In this document: piece after piece, positions 9,789 to 19,234 of the stretch
Position numbering within the stretch: the stretch's first letter is position 1
Layout of the letters: each line of letters begins with the position of its first letter
Assembly: GCA_024405635.1 (NCBI GenBank)
Contig: JAKSOL010000002.1
Span: forward strand, 153,458-217,457
From: Salinivirgaceae bacterium
Lineage (GTDB): Bacteria; Bacteroidota; Bacteroidia; Bacteroidales; SZUA-534
Direction of reading: 5' to 3'
Length of the DNA: 64,000 nt
The notes under the pieces: generated by a model
What the model was told of the DNA's origin: nothing
Database searches by the model: none
What the model saw: the letters and a program-made list of their open reading frames with translations, nothing else
Program-made: the position numbers and the translations under genes

Positions 9789-10868
9789 TTAATCAATAAA
9801 ACCTCCGCCTAATAAAACTTCATTGTCGTAAAATACTGCTGATTGCCCAGGAGTTACCGAGTCGATTGGGTTGTCAAAGGTTATTTTTATTTTGTCGCCA
9901 ATGGGCTCAAGCGTGGCACTCCCACCGCTGCTACGATAACGTATTCGCACCATGGCTTTTATTGGTTTTGCATTGGGTTGCATTTTCATAAAGTTGCAAT
10001 TTGAAACAACAACGATGTTGCTTAGCAGGTCGTCTTTTGTTCCTAAAGTAACTTCGTTTGTTGCGGCATTGATGTGGGTAACGTACATGGGCTGACCAAG
10101 TGCTATTTGTAGCCCCTTGCGTTGCCCAATAGTGTAGTTCGGAAATCCTTTGTGCTGTCCAAGTACTTTTCCTTGCTTATCAATATAGTTGCCTGGCTTA
10201 ATGGTTAAATATTCTGGAGAGTTGTTGTTCAAAAAGTTCCGATAATCATTATCGGGGACAAAACATATTTCTTGCGATTCTCGTTTTTTCGACAATTTTA
10301 TGTAGCCACGGTCGGCTGCCATTTGGCGCACTTCAAGTTTAGTAAAATCGCCAAGCGGAAATAGTGTTCGTTTAAGGTTTTCTTGCGATAGTCTCCACAA
10401 GAAATATGATTGGTCTTTGGTTAAGTCTTTGCCTTTACGTATGAAGTAGCGCCCGTCTTCGCAACCTATTTTTGCATAGTGACCAGTTGCAATGTAGTTG
10501 CAACCTAGTTCATCGGCCTTGTCAATAAGTGCGCCCCACTTGATGAATTCGTTGCACACGACGCAAGGATTTGGAGTGCGCCCTTTTAAATATTCGCTTA
10601 CAAAATTGCTTATAACGGTTTCTTTAAACAATTCTCTGATGTCAAGAATCTGATGCTCAAAACCTAAGTCGGTTGCAATTTTTTTTGCTTCAAAAATTGA
10701 ATCTACTGAGCAGCAGCCAGTTTCGTGTTCCATGCATGCTTTTGATATGCTGTCCCATGAGCGAAAAGTAACACCCACCAATTCGTACCCTTGCTCAATA
10801 AGCAACATGGCGGCCACTGTGCTATCAATGCCACCACTCATAGCCATCAGTACTTTTCCTTTGCTCAT
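9789..10868 (-). CDS. mnmA: tRNA 2-thiouridine(34) synthase
   Basis: AMSGGIDS, TPNPCVVCN, ATGHYA, KDQSYFL, ESQEICF, TPGQSAVFY. Confidence 0.97.
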   Translation of the reverse strand: MSKGKVLMAMSGGIDSTVAAMLLIEQGYELVGVTFRSWDSISKACMEHETGCCSVDSIFEAKKIATDLGFEHQILDIRELFKETVISNFVSEYLKGRTPNPCVVCNEFIKWGALIDKADELGCNYIATGHYAKIGCEDGRYFIRKGKDLTKDQSYFLWRLSQENLKRTLFPLGDFTKLEVRQMAADRGYIKLSKKRESQEICFVPDNDYRNFLNNNSPEYLTIKPGNYIDKQGKVLGQHKGFPNYTIGQRKGLQIALGQPMYVTHINAATNEVTLGTKDDLLSNIVVVSNCNFMKMQPNAKPIKAMVRIRYRSSGGSATLEPIGDKIKITFDNPIDSVTPGQSAVFYDNEVLLGGGFID

Positions 10869-10995
10869 GTTTTATTAGTAAAAAAGAGAGGTTCAACGTA
10901 TGTTCGGTGCGCAAAAATATCAATTTCACAACAATTTATTCGTTTGGTATTAAAAATGGAAAAAGTGCAACTTGCTGTCAGTGAACTTAACGTTG

Positions 10996-11883
10996 TTAAC
11001 TCACGTTGCGCATTCTGAATTTGAGAGGAGTTGATCCCGTTTCTTTTTTAAAGCACTTGATAAAGTAGTTTGTGTCGGTAAATCCAATCTCGGTTGCAAT
11101 ATCAGCAATGGCCATGTTGGTTTCGCGCAAAAGTCTGCGGGCTGTTTGTATGCGTATTTGTATCAAGTATATTGACGGCGATGAGCCTACTGCCTTTTTG
11201 AAAATGCGCTGAAAGTTTCGCACCGACATGTTCGACATTTCGGCCAACTGTTCAAGGTATATTTTTGAATTGTGGTTGTATTCGAGGTAGCTTATAACTT
11301 TGCCGATGCGCATAAGGGCTTGAGCTTCAGTGGTTTCAAGCTGCGAGTAGTGGCGCGATAGTAGTACAATTAGTTCTTCAAGTCGGTTTGCTATTATTAT
11401 TTCGTAGCCTTCGTGCTTGCTGTTTTGTTCAAGAATCATGGTGTTAACCACATATTCAATTTTTGCCATATCGGCACGCTCAATGTGTAGTCGGTTTTTA
11501 AAGTGATGTTGTGTACGGTATTGTGGTTCAAGAAAAAAAAGAGCCTTGTAGCCTTCCATCTGTTTTACGTTTTGCGAAATGTTCACACGGTGACTGTCGT
11601 ACATAATATTCACAATCTCAAGGTTTCCCGCATCTTTAAAGTAATGGTGTTGGTTTCCTTGCAGAACAAACGCATCGCCGGCCGACACCATATACTCGTT
11701 ATTGTCAATAACTTGCATGCCTTGCCCTCTTATAATAAGCACAATTTCGGTAAAGTCGTGGTAGTGCTCAATTTCGGTTAGGTCGGCAACGTGCGTAATG
11801 TTTTGCATGCGCTCAACCTTGCAAATGTGAATCGGGTAATTGTTTATGCCGAAATAGTCCGATCCGAGTGCTTTGGTTGGCAT
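10996..11883 (-). CDS. AraC-family transcriptional regulator (RhaS/RhaR-like)
   Basis: Cupin HYHDFTEIV..G motif; C-terminal HTH (IATEIGFTDTNYFIKCFKKETG.TP). Confidence 0.9.
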   Translation of the reverse strand: MPTKALGSDYFGINNYPIHICKVERMQNITHVADLTEIEHYHDFTEIVLIIRGQGMQVIDNNEYMVSAGDAFVLQGNQHHYFKDAGNLEIVNIMYDSHRVNISQNVKQMEGYKALFFLEPQYRTQHHFKNRLHIERADMAKIEYVVNTMILEQNSKHEGYEIIIANRLEELIVLLSRHYSQLETTEAQALMRIGKVISYLEYNHNSKIYLEQLAEMSNMSVRNFQRIFKKAVGSSPSIYLIQIRIQTARRLLRETNMAIADIATEIGFTDTNYFIKCFKKETGSTPLKFRMRNVS

Positions 11884-11914
11884 GGTGGGAAAGTTGAACT
11901 AGTGGTTCTGCTTT

Positions 11915-13018
11915 TTACACGTTAAAGCGGAAGTGCATAATGTCGCCATCTTGTGGCTCGTAGTCTTTGCCTTCAACTCCAATTTTACCCGATTCGCGGC
12001 AAGCGGCCTCAGAACCAAGCTCAATGTAGTCGTCGTATTTAATAACCTCGGCGCGAATAAAGCCTTTCTCAAAATCGGTGTGAATAACGCCAGCGCATTG
12101 TGGTGCTTTCATTCCGTGGCGGAAAGTCCAAGCGCGAGTTTCGTCGGCTCCAGTTGTGAAGAAAGTGCGAAGGTTGAGTAGGTTGTAGGCTGATTTTATC
12201 AGTTTTGAAACGCCTGCTTCTTCAAGTCCAAGGTCGTTAAGGAACATTTGGCGTTCGTCGTAACTTTCAAGTTCGGCAATGTCGGCCTCAATGGCTGCAC
12301 CAATAATAAGCACTTCGGCGTGTTCGTCTTTCACTGCTTCTTTTAATGCTTCGGTGTATTTGTTTCCAGTTTTTACTGATGCCTCGTCAACGTTGCAAAC
12401 GTACATTACTGGTTTGTCGGTTAAAAGATTAAGGTCGCTTAGTAGTTCTTTTTTTACTGCAGCGTCAACGTCAACCACGCGGGCCGATTGTCCTTTAAGT
12501 AGCACGTCTTTATATTGAAGCAGCAATTCAAGTTGCTTTTGAGCTTTTTTGTCGTTGCCAACGCGAGCTATTTTTTCAACTTTGTTAATGCGGTTTTCAA
12601 TCGTTTCAAGGTCTTTTAGTTGTAGCTCAATGTCAATCACTTCTTTGTCGCGCACTGGGTCAATTGAGCCGTCAACGTGGGTAATGTTGTTGTCTTCAAA
12701 GCAACGCAACACGTGTATAATGGCATCGGTTTCGCGAATGTTTGCCAAGAATTTGTTGCCCAAGCCTTCGCCTTTGCTGGCACCTTTTACAAGTCCGGCA
12801 ATGTCCACAATTTCAATTGTGGTTGGAATGATGCGTTTTGGGTTGTCAATGGCAGCAAGTGCGTTTAGTCGTTCGTCGGGAACAGTTATCACTCCCAAGT
12901 TTGGCTCAATGGTGCAGAATGGAAAGTTTGCTGCTTGAGCTTTGGCGTTTGATAGACAATTGAAAAGTGTTGATTTGCCTACGTTTGGCAAACCTACTAT
13001 ACCGCATTGCAATGACAT
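11915..13018 (-). CDS. ychF: Ribosome-binding ATPase YchF
   Basis: GIVGLPNVGKSTLFN, NFPFCTIEPN, DIAGLVKGAS, IHTDFEKGFIRAEV. Confidence 0.98.
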   Translation of the reverse strand: MSLQCGIVGLPNVGKSTLFNCLSNAKAQAANFPFCTIEPNLGVITVPDERLNALAAIDNPKRIIPTTIEIVDIAGLVKGASKGEGLGNKFLANIRETDAIIHVLRCFEDNNITHVDGSIDPVRDKEVIDIELQLKDLETIENRINKVEKIARVGNDKKAQKQLELLLQYKDVLLKGQSARVVDVDAAVKKELLSDLNLLTDKPVMYVCNVDEASVKTGNKYTEALKEAVKDEHAEVLIIGAAIEADIAELESYDERQMFLNDLGLEEAGVSKLIKSAYNLLNLRTFFTTGADETRAWTFRHGMKAPQCAGVIHTDFEKGFIRAEVIKYDDYIELGSEAACRESGKIGVEGKDYEPQDGDIMHFRFNV

Positions 13019-13042
13019 ATTCTCAAAATTTTAGTTAGGCCG

Positions 13043-13050
13043 CAAAAGTA
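13043..13050 (-). promoter_or_regulatory. -7 box (TACTTTTG) for ychF
   Basis: TAnnTTTG consensus about 25 bp upstream of the start. Confidence 0.55.
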
Positions 13051-13141
13051 AACTTTTCGTAATAGCTTTCTCGTATTTAGTAGTTCGATTTTTTTTCGAT
13101 GCTTGTATGTGGCGAGTTATTTGTAAGGCTCATTTCTGAGC

Positions 13142-13786
13142 TTACATGGCTGGCTTAATGTTAAGGTTTACGCCAAGCGACTGCTCGCAGTCAATAATAG
13201 TCCAACTGCCGCTAGGGTAAATGTGCTCAACTCGTTTTGGGTATCCGCGGTCAATTAGTTCATTTACAACTGAGTCGCGGCGATTGCCAACAGCAAAGCC
13301 TAAGTGGTGAACTCCGTATCCGTGCTCGCGAATAAATTCGTTGTATGTGTTTGGATTGTTGTCAAGAACTTGGTGCAACTCTATAATGAATCCTTGTGGT
13401 GCCATTATTGATGCAAGTTTAAGTCCGTACTTGTAGTTTTTGCCGTAGTACATTAAGTTGGGGTCGGTTGTTTCAACTGTTTGGAGTATGCGTATTTCTG
13501 GTATGGGTACGTTAAGTAGTTGTGACCATTCTTTGGCGGCAACTTCAATGTCTTCAACTATAATGGCAATTTGAATAAATCCGTTCAAATCCAAAGGGTT
13601 TTGCATTACTCCGCGATTTGGGTTTAGTTGCAGTTTTTGGTTTTGTGCTGCCCAAAGTTCTGGATTGGTAATTTGTAATGAGTCTGCAACATTATTATTT
13701 GTTTGTTGGGTTTGTGGTGCTTTTGATGTGCACGATGCCAATAGTATTGCGGCAAACACTCCTGTGGCTAATAGTATCTTTTTCAT
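13142..13786 (-). CDS. VOC-family (methylmalonyl-CoA epimerase-like) lipoprotein
   Basis: Lipobox LLASC; QIAIIVEDIE, IELHQ, GYGVHHLGF motifs. Confidence 0.8.
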   Translation of the reverse strand: MKKILLATGVFAAILLASCTSKAPQTQQTNNNVADSLQITNPELWAAQNQKLQLNPNRGVMQNPLDLNGFIQIAIIVEDIEVAAKEWSQLLNVPIPEIRILQTVETTDPNLMYYGKNYKYGLKLASIMAPQGFIIELHQVLDNNPNTYNEFIREHGYGVHHLGFAVGNRRDSVVNELIDRGYPKRVEHIYPSGSWTIIDCEQSLGVNLNIKPAM

Positions 13787-13818
13787 TTTCAATAATTTAT
13801 TTGGAACTTAAAACTTAA

Positions 13819-14670
13819 TTATGCTTTTGCTTGTGGCGAATTTTGATCAATCATCATCAGTTCAACTTTGTTGCCATCTGGGTCGTGTATCCATGCTTGC
13901 CAGTTTAAATCTGCTGAAGTTTTTGGTTCTTGGTCAATTTCAACGCCAATTGATCGTAATCGTTCTACATCTTCAAGTAAGTTGTCGGTTTCGAGGCAAA
14001 TGTGTTGGAATCCGCGCGAATTCCAGCCTGTGTTTGGGTTTTCGCCTTTGCCGTTGGGTATGAGTTCCAAATATACACCGTCGGCCATTCGTACATAATG
14101 TAGCCAAGGTTCGCCTTTGTCGTTGTTTTGTATTCCAACGAGTTTCATTCCAAGTTTGTTGCAATAAAAGTCAAGCGATGCATCAATGTCTTTGCAAACA
14201 AAACAAGCGTGACCTATACCAACGTAGCCGTCGCGGCCGAATTGGTAAGGTTTTTCGTTGCTTTGCATTTGTACCGACTCGGGCGTGTATTCTTGCAGTT
14301 CAATTCCGTTGCCGTCGGGGTCGTAAAGCCATAGATTTTTACATCCGCTAGGTTCAAGTTGAGGTTCGGGCGATTTAATGTAGCCTTTGTCGTATATTTC
14401 TTGTAGTGTTTTGCGAATGTTGCCAACTGTAACGCATAAATGGTTGTATCCAGTTTTTTCAAAGTCGAAAGCATAGTCGCGGTCGTTTTGTCCGCCGTAA
14501 AAAAGTTCTAGAAAGTGACCTTTGCATATTTTTAGATAAATAATCCAAGGGTCGCCGTTTTCTTTGTGAAGTTCAAAAACTTTTTTCCATCCAAAAACGT
14601 TTTCAAAAAACGCTATGCTCTTGTCCATATCTAATGGGTTCAAGGCAATGTGAGCAATGTCTTTAATCAT
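13819..14670 (-). CDS. Tandem-domain VOC/glyoxalase family protein
   Basis: Two copies of the H...ELF/ELI...H.C...DPDGN.IEL/VEL pattern. Confidence 0.88.
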   Translation of the reverse strand: MIKDIAHIALNPLDMDKSIAFFENVFGWKKVFELHKENGDPWIIYLKICKGHFLELFYGGQNDRDYAFDFEKTGYNHLCVTVGNIRKTLQEIYDKGYIKSPEPQLEPSGCKNLWLYDPDGNGIELQEYTPESVQMQSNEKPYQFGRDGYVGIGHACFVCKDIDASLDFYCNKLGMKLVGIQNNDKGEPWLHYVRMADGVYLELIPNGKGENPNTGWNSRGFQHICLETDNLLEDVERLRSIGVEIDQEPKTSADLNWQAWIHDPDGNKVELMMIDQNSPQAKA

Positions 14671-14755
14671 GTTTGGTTATATTAATGTTTGGTGTTTGCT
14701 AAGTTAGTGTTTGTGGTAAAATATCAGCATTGTTTTATAGTGCGATTGTTTGACT

Positions 14756-15568
14756 TTATTCTTCCACTTTCAAATTGTTGATGGTTTGCAACATGGCAGC
14801 GTGCAATAGTCCGTTGCTAACAATGGTTTCTTTTCCGCTATAAAACAGGTCGCTTTCGTTTCCGCAAAAATCCGACACCAGTCCGCCTGCTTGTTTTAAA
14901 ATGATGCTTGCAGCGGCAACGTCCCAAGGTCCAATTAAAGCTTCTATCCGGGCCTCGAATCTGCCAGCAGCAACGTAGCAAATTTCAGCGGCAGCCGAGC
15001 CGAGCACTCGCAGTGTGGCAACGTTTCCGTATAGGCGATTTATGATTGGCACAATAAAATTGCGGTAGCGGTCGGCATCGTAGGTAAAGCCAAGTTCAAT
15101 GGCTGCATTGTTAAGCTCGCACACTCGACTTACATTTATTTCTTGCCCGTTTAGGTATGCTTTTGAGTATTTGTTTGCCCAAAAAAGTTCGTTTCGGCAG
15201 CATTCGTAAACCACACCAAGCAACATTTCTGTTTTGTTGCGCAAACCAATGCTAACGCAAAAAGGTGCGTTGTTGTGAATAAAATTTGTTGTCCCGTCAA
15301 GAGGATCTACCACCCAACAATAAGGCTCGCCGTTCATGTGAGTGCCACTCTCTTCGGCAATAAAACCTGCTTGTGGCAAAAGTTTGTGCAACTGCGCCAC
15401 AATCATCTTTTCCGATTCTTTGTCAACGTAACTCACGTAGTCGTGCGACCGTTTTTGTTCAACCTTATTTAGGTCAAATTTTTTGCGTTCGTTAGTTAAA
15501 AAACTTCCAGCCTCAAGTGCCAATTTTTTAACTTGTTCGGTTAGTGCGTTTAATTCTTGTTCGTTCAT
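14756..15568 (-). CDS. suhB: Inositol monophosphatase family protein
   Basis: WVVDPLDGTTNF, GSAA, PWDVAA motifs. Confidence 0.9.
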   Translation of the reverse strand: MNEQELNALTEQVKKLALEAGSFLTNERKKFDLNKVEQKRSHDYVSYVDKESEKMIVAQLHKLLPQAGFIAEESGTHMNGEPYCWVVDPLDGTTNFIHNNAPFCVSIGLRNKTEMLLGVVYECCRNELFWANKYSKAYLNGQEINVSRVCELNNAAIELGFTYDADRYRNFIVPIINRLYGNVATLRVLGSAAAEICYVAAGRFEARIEALIGPWDVAAASIILKQAGGLVSDFCGNESDLFYSGKETIVSNGLLHAAMLQTINNLKVEE

Positions 15569-15705
15569 CGGTAAGTTCTTTTTTGGGTTATGCTAATGCG
15601 GTTTTGCATTGGTGTAAAGGTATGTGCCGATTGGTATTTTGTGGCATGCAGTTTTCAATTCTTTTTAACGGTTTCAGGGTGTCGGTTTTCATTGCAGAAT
15701 TATTG

Positions 15706-15713
15706 TAAATTTG
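15706..15713 (+). promoter_or_regulatory. -7 box (TAAATTTG) for the tlpA-lpxH-...-lpxK gene run
   Basis: Consensus match in the divergent intergenic region. Confidence 0.5.
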
Positions 15714-15811
15714 CGTGATTTTTAGAAAAGAAAATCAAGAGATTGAGCAGTTGTATTACTGCGTAAAGTGTTGTTTTATAGATAAATAAACGATTGGTAG
15801 ATTTGCCGATT

Positions 15812-16996
15812 ATGAAAAACAGAAAAATATTGATTGGTGCCATAACAATGGCATTTGCGTGTAGCGCTTGTTCCGATTCAGTAACCGTGCCCGACAAAAT
15901 TTCGGTGTCGGGAACAATTAGTGGAGCTCAAGGTAAATACCTTAAGGTTATCGATATGACCAAAATGGGTTTTGCTCCCGATTCAATTCAACTTGATGCT
16001 AATGGCAGTTTTGCTTTTGAATTGCAAACATCAGAGCCCAAAGACTACGTTTTATACATTAATACCGACAACTGCTTGCGCATTGTGCCATGTGCAAACG
16101 ATACTTTGAAACTTACAGTTCAATATCCCGATTTGGTGCAAACATACAAAGTGTGGGGTAGTGCTGAGTCGGAGCGATTGAGCGGACTAATGAAGTTGCA
16201 CTATGCTGCAAATTACGCACTCGACACATTAAACGCCTTCTACATGGCTCATCAACTCGACCGTAAATTGCCGCAAATTGTTAGCGATATAACACGCAAG
16301 TCCGATTCAATTCTGAAAGCCGACCGTGCTGCTCACGAGAACTTTATTAAAACCCGACCAGGATCGTTGGCAAGTTATGTTGCATTGTCGTCAAAGTTGG
16401 GCGTGCGCACCAATCTGTTTAATATTCAAGACGATTTTGAATTGTTTGAAATGGTTGATACTGCGTTGTTTAACCGATTTGATACAACTGCAATCACCAT
16501 AATGTTGCGCCAATATGTGCAAAAAGCACGCGCGGCAATGCGTATGCAACCAAAAGCAAAAACTGCGGTTGCAGTAGGCGATACTTTGCCCGACATCGCA
16601 TTGTCAAACCCTTATGGCGATACCATTCGTCTTTCAAAATTTGCAGGCGATGTGGTGCTCGTTCATTTTTGGGGAAGTTGGTGCCGTCCTTGCCGTCAAG
16701 AGAATATTGAACTTCGTCGTGTTTTTGGTCGATACCGTTCACGTGGATTCCAAATTTATTCCATTGCACTTGAGCGTAGCCTCGACGATTGGAAAAACTG
16801 CATTCGCGAAGACCGTATGTATTGGATAAACCATGTTAGCGAACTGAATTACATGGACAGCAAAGTGGCTAAACAATTGGGTATTACATCAATTCCTGCC
16901 AATATTCTTATCGATGGAAATCGTGTAGTGCTTGCAACAAACCTTAATCCCGATCAGCTCCGTACAAAACTTGACGAGGTGATGCGCAAAAGATAA
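15812..16996 (+). CDS. TlpA/AhpC-TSA thioredoxin-like lipoprotein (DUF4369-type N-terminus)
   Basis: Lipoprotein-like signal; VHFWGSWCRPCR active site; SIP.NILID; ATG at 15812. Confidence 0.88.
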   Translation: MKNRKILIGAITMAFACSACSDSVTVPDKISVSGTISGAQGKYLKVIDMTKMGFAPDSIQLDANGSFAFELQTSEPKDYVLYINTDNCLRIVPCANDTLKLTVQYPDLVQTYKVWGSAESERLSGLMKLHYAANYALDTLNAFYMAHQLDRKLPQIVSDITRKSDSILKADRAAHENFIKTRPGSLASYVALSSKLGVRTNLFNIQDDFELFEMVDTALFNRFDTTAITIMLRQYVQKARAAMRMQPKAKTAVAVGDTLPDIALSNPYGDTIRLSKFAGDVVLVHFWGSWCRPCRQENIELRRVFGRYRSRGFQIYSIALERSLDDWKNCIREDRMYWINHVSELNYMDSKVAKQLGITSIPANILIDGNRVVLATNLNPDQLRTKLDEVMRKR

Positions 16997-17008
16997 AATC
17001 AAGCGTAA

Positions 17009-17809
17009 ATGCCAAATAGTCAGAAGAAAATATACTTTGCATCTGATGCACATTTGGGCTATCCAAATTTGCACGAAGCTCGATGGCGCGAGGATGTTTT
17101 TGTTGCGTGGCTCGATAGTATAAAGTCTGATGCCGCTGAACTTTATTTGGTTGGCGACATTTTCGATTTCTGGTTTGAATATAAGTCGGTGGTTCCAAAA
17201 GGCTTTGTTCGCTTGCTGGGTAAACTAGCCGAATTTGTCGATAGTGGTATTCCTGTTCACTTTTTTACTGGCAATCACGACGTTTGGGCATTTAGCTATT
17301 TGCACGATGAAATAGGTTGCACTTTGCACTTTGGTCCTGTTGAAGCCGAACTTATGGGTAAACGATTTTTAATTGCTCATGGCGATGGCTTAGGTCCCGA
17401 TACTTGGTCGTATAAACTGCTAAAACGATTGTTTACCAGTAAGTTTTTGCAATTTATGTTTGCGTGTTTGCATCCCAATTGGGCAATGTGGTTTGGGCAT
17501 AAATGGTCAAATCATAGCCGTGGCCGCAAAGGTTTAGCTCCATTCCCTTATAAAGGCGACGACCAAGAATATACCTACGTTTACTCAATGCAAGTGCTTG
17601 AACAAAAGTCAATTGACTATTTTGTGTACGGCCATCGACATTTAATGATTCAAAAAAACTTGCCAAACAAATCGAACTACATTGTGCTGGGCGATTGGGT
17701 TTACAACTTCTCGTATGGAGTGTTTGATGGACAAACCTTTGAGTTGAAAACTATTCAAAATGAAATGATTGAAAAATATAAAGCAAAACAAAAAACGGAA
17801 TTACTATGA
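17009..17809 (+). CDS. lpxH: UDP-2,3-diacylglucosamine diphosphatase
   Basis: SDAHLG, GDIFDFW, GNHD, HGDG, GHRH, LGDW metallophosphoesterase motifs. Confidence 0.92.
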   Translation: MPNSQKKIYFASDAHLGYPNLHEARWREDVFVAWLDSIKSDAAELYLVGDIFDFWFEYKSVVPKGFVRLLGKLAEFVDSGIPVHFFTGNHDVWAFSYLHDEIGCTLHFGPVEAELMGKRFLIAHGDGLGPDTWSYKLLKRLFTSKFLQFMFACLHPNWAMWFGHKWSNHSRGRKGLAPFPYKGDDQEYTYVYSMQVLEQKSIDYFVYGHRHLMIQKNLPNKSNYIVLGDWVYNFSYGVFDGQTFELKTIQNEMIEKYKAKQKTELL

Positions 17810-18645
17810 AAACAAAACAGGTTTTAAAAATGCTAGCTATTGTAGCTGTAGCCTCGTCGGTTATGGCATCGTGCACTAGCGATAGCAAAAAAAATCAAGC
17901 ATCGGCCGAAATGAAAATTGAAATGGCTGAAGCGCAATTGGGGGCGAATAAGGCATACAAAATTCCAACTCCAATTGATTTGTTTATACGCATGCAGAGC
18001 CTTAAGGTCAAATTCAATACCGATTTGCTAAACCCTGTTGCCAATGTTAATATTTACGAAACCCAACTTCAAAAATCGATGAATTTGGGTGTGTATGCAG
18101 CCGACCTTGCTTATGCTAGTTTGCTTGGCGACTCGCAAAACGCTGAACAATATATTGGTGTGGTAATGAAACTTGCTACATCGCTCAACCTTATGGAGGG
18201 AATGAACAAAACTCTTGTTGAACGCATAAACGCAAACATTAACGAAAGCGACTCTCTATTAGCCATTAGCAGCGATTCATATCAAGACGTAATCAATTTT
18301 ATTGAAGATAACGGACTTACCGACGTTCAGTGCATGGTGGTGGCTGGCGCGTGGATTGAGAGCCTTTATCTCTGCTTCCGTTCAGTAGGAAATATAGCTG
18401 TATCGCCTGAAATTGAAGAAGTGGTGGCCGACCAACAAGTTCTGCTCGAAAACTTATCGGAGTTGCTCGATGCAAACCAATCGGCTCCAAATGTTGCTAA
18501 AGTTGCCGAGTACATTGCACAAATTCAATCGGAGTACGATGTTCTTTACGACAACGATGGCCGCCCAATGACTCAACAGCAATTAGTTGCCATTGTGAAT
18601 GTTATTACCGATGTTAGAAACAATATCAGCACCTTAAAAGATTAG
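17806..18645 (+). CDS. Hypothetical helical lipoprotein; paralog of 40544-41467
   Basis: Lipobox MASC; motifs NLGVYAADLAY, GAWIESLYL and DQQVLL align with the 40544 protein. Confidence 0.8.
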   Translation: MKTKQVLKMLAIVAVASSVMASCTSDSKKNQASAEMKIEMAEAQLGANKAYKIPTPIDLFIRMQSLKVKFNTDLLNPVANVNIYETQLQKSMNLGVYAADLAYASLLGDSQNAEQYIGVVMKLATSLNLMEGMNKTLVERINANINESDSLLAISSDSYQDVINFIEDNGLTDVQCMVVAGAWIESLYLCFRSVGNIAVSPEIEEVVADQQVLLENLSELLDANQSAPNVAKVAEYIAQIQSEYDVLYDNDGRPMTQQQLVAIVNVITDVRNNISTLKD

Positions 18646-18649
18646 CAAA

Positions 18650-19222
18650 ATGAAAGTAGTTAAATTCATATACACAATTGCATTGTTAGCAACAACTCAA
18701 ATTGCTGTTGCTCAAGATTGTTCTACAAAAAAACTTGGTACAGTTGAGCGTCGTGGTCAATACGATTATCATGGTCAATCAACTTATTCGTCAATGGCAG
18801 CCGGCGATTCGGTTTCGTTAAGTGCAGTGCTTTACTCTCGCCAAAACTATCGCATTTTTGTTGCGGCCGAAGAGGCTGTTGGCGACATGTACTACAAAGT
18901 GTTTGTTACCAAAAAGAAATCGGTGCGAGTAGTTAAGGAAATTCGACAGAAAGACCTTTATGTGTACAAAACCGACACGCTTGGTTATTACGATTTCGAT
19001 CTCGATGGCCAACGTATTTTCATCGACCGCCAAGTTGTGCCCGATACTATTTGGACCCGACAAACTACTACTGTAGTTGAGCAAGTGTTTGATAGCCGCA
19101 ACACTTCAAAACAGTTCTACGAATTAACTCCAGATCGTACTCAAATTGTGTTGGTTAAGGTTTATTCGTTGTCGCGCGAAGGACGTGGTTGTGTGGGAGT
19201 ATTTGTAGGTCGCAAACAATAA
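18650..19222 (+). CDS. Hypothetical secreted protein
   Basis: Signal peptide ending AQDC; beta-rich; weak similarity to 41480-41914. Confidence 0.7.
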   Translation: MKVVKFIYTIALLATTQIAVAQDCSTKKLGTVERRGQYDYHGQSTYSSMAAGDSVSLSAVLYSRQNYRIFVAAEEAVGDMYYKVFVTKKKSVRVVKEIRQKDLYVYKTDTLGYYDFDLDGQRIFIDRQVVPDTIWTRQTTTVVEQVFDSRNTSKQFYELTPDRTQIVLVKVYSLSREGRGCVGVFVGRKQ

Positions 19223-19234
19223 TTATTTACTATC

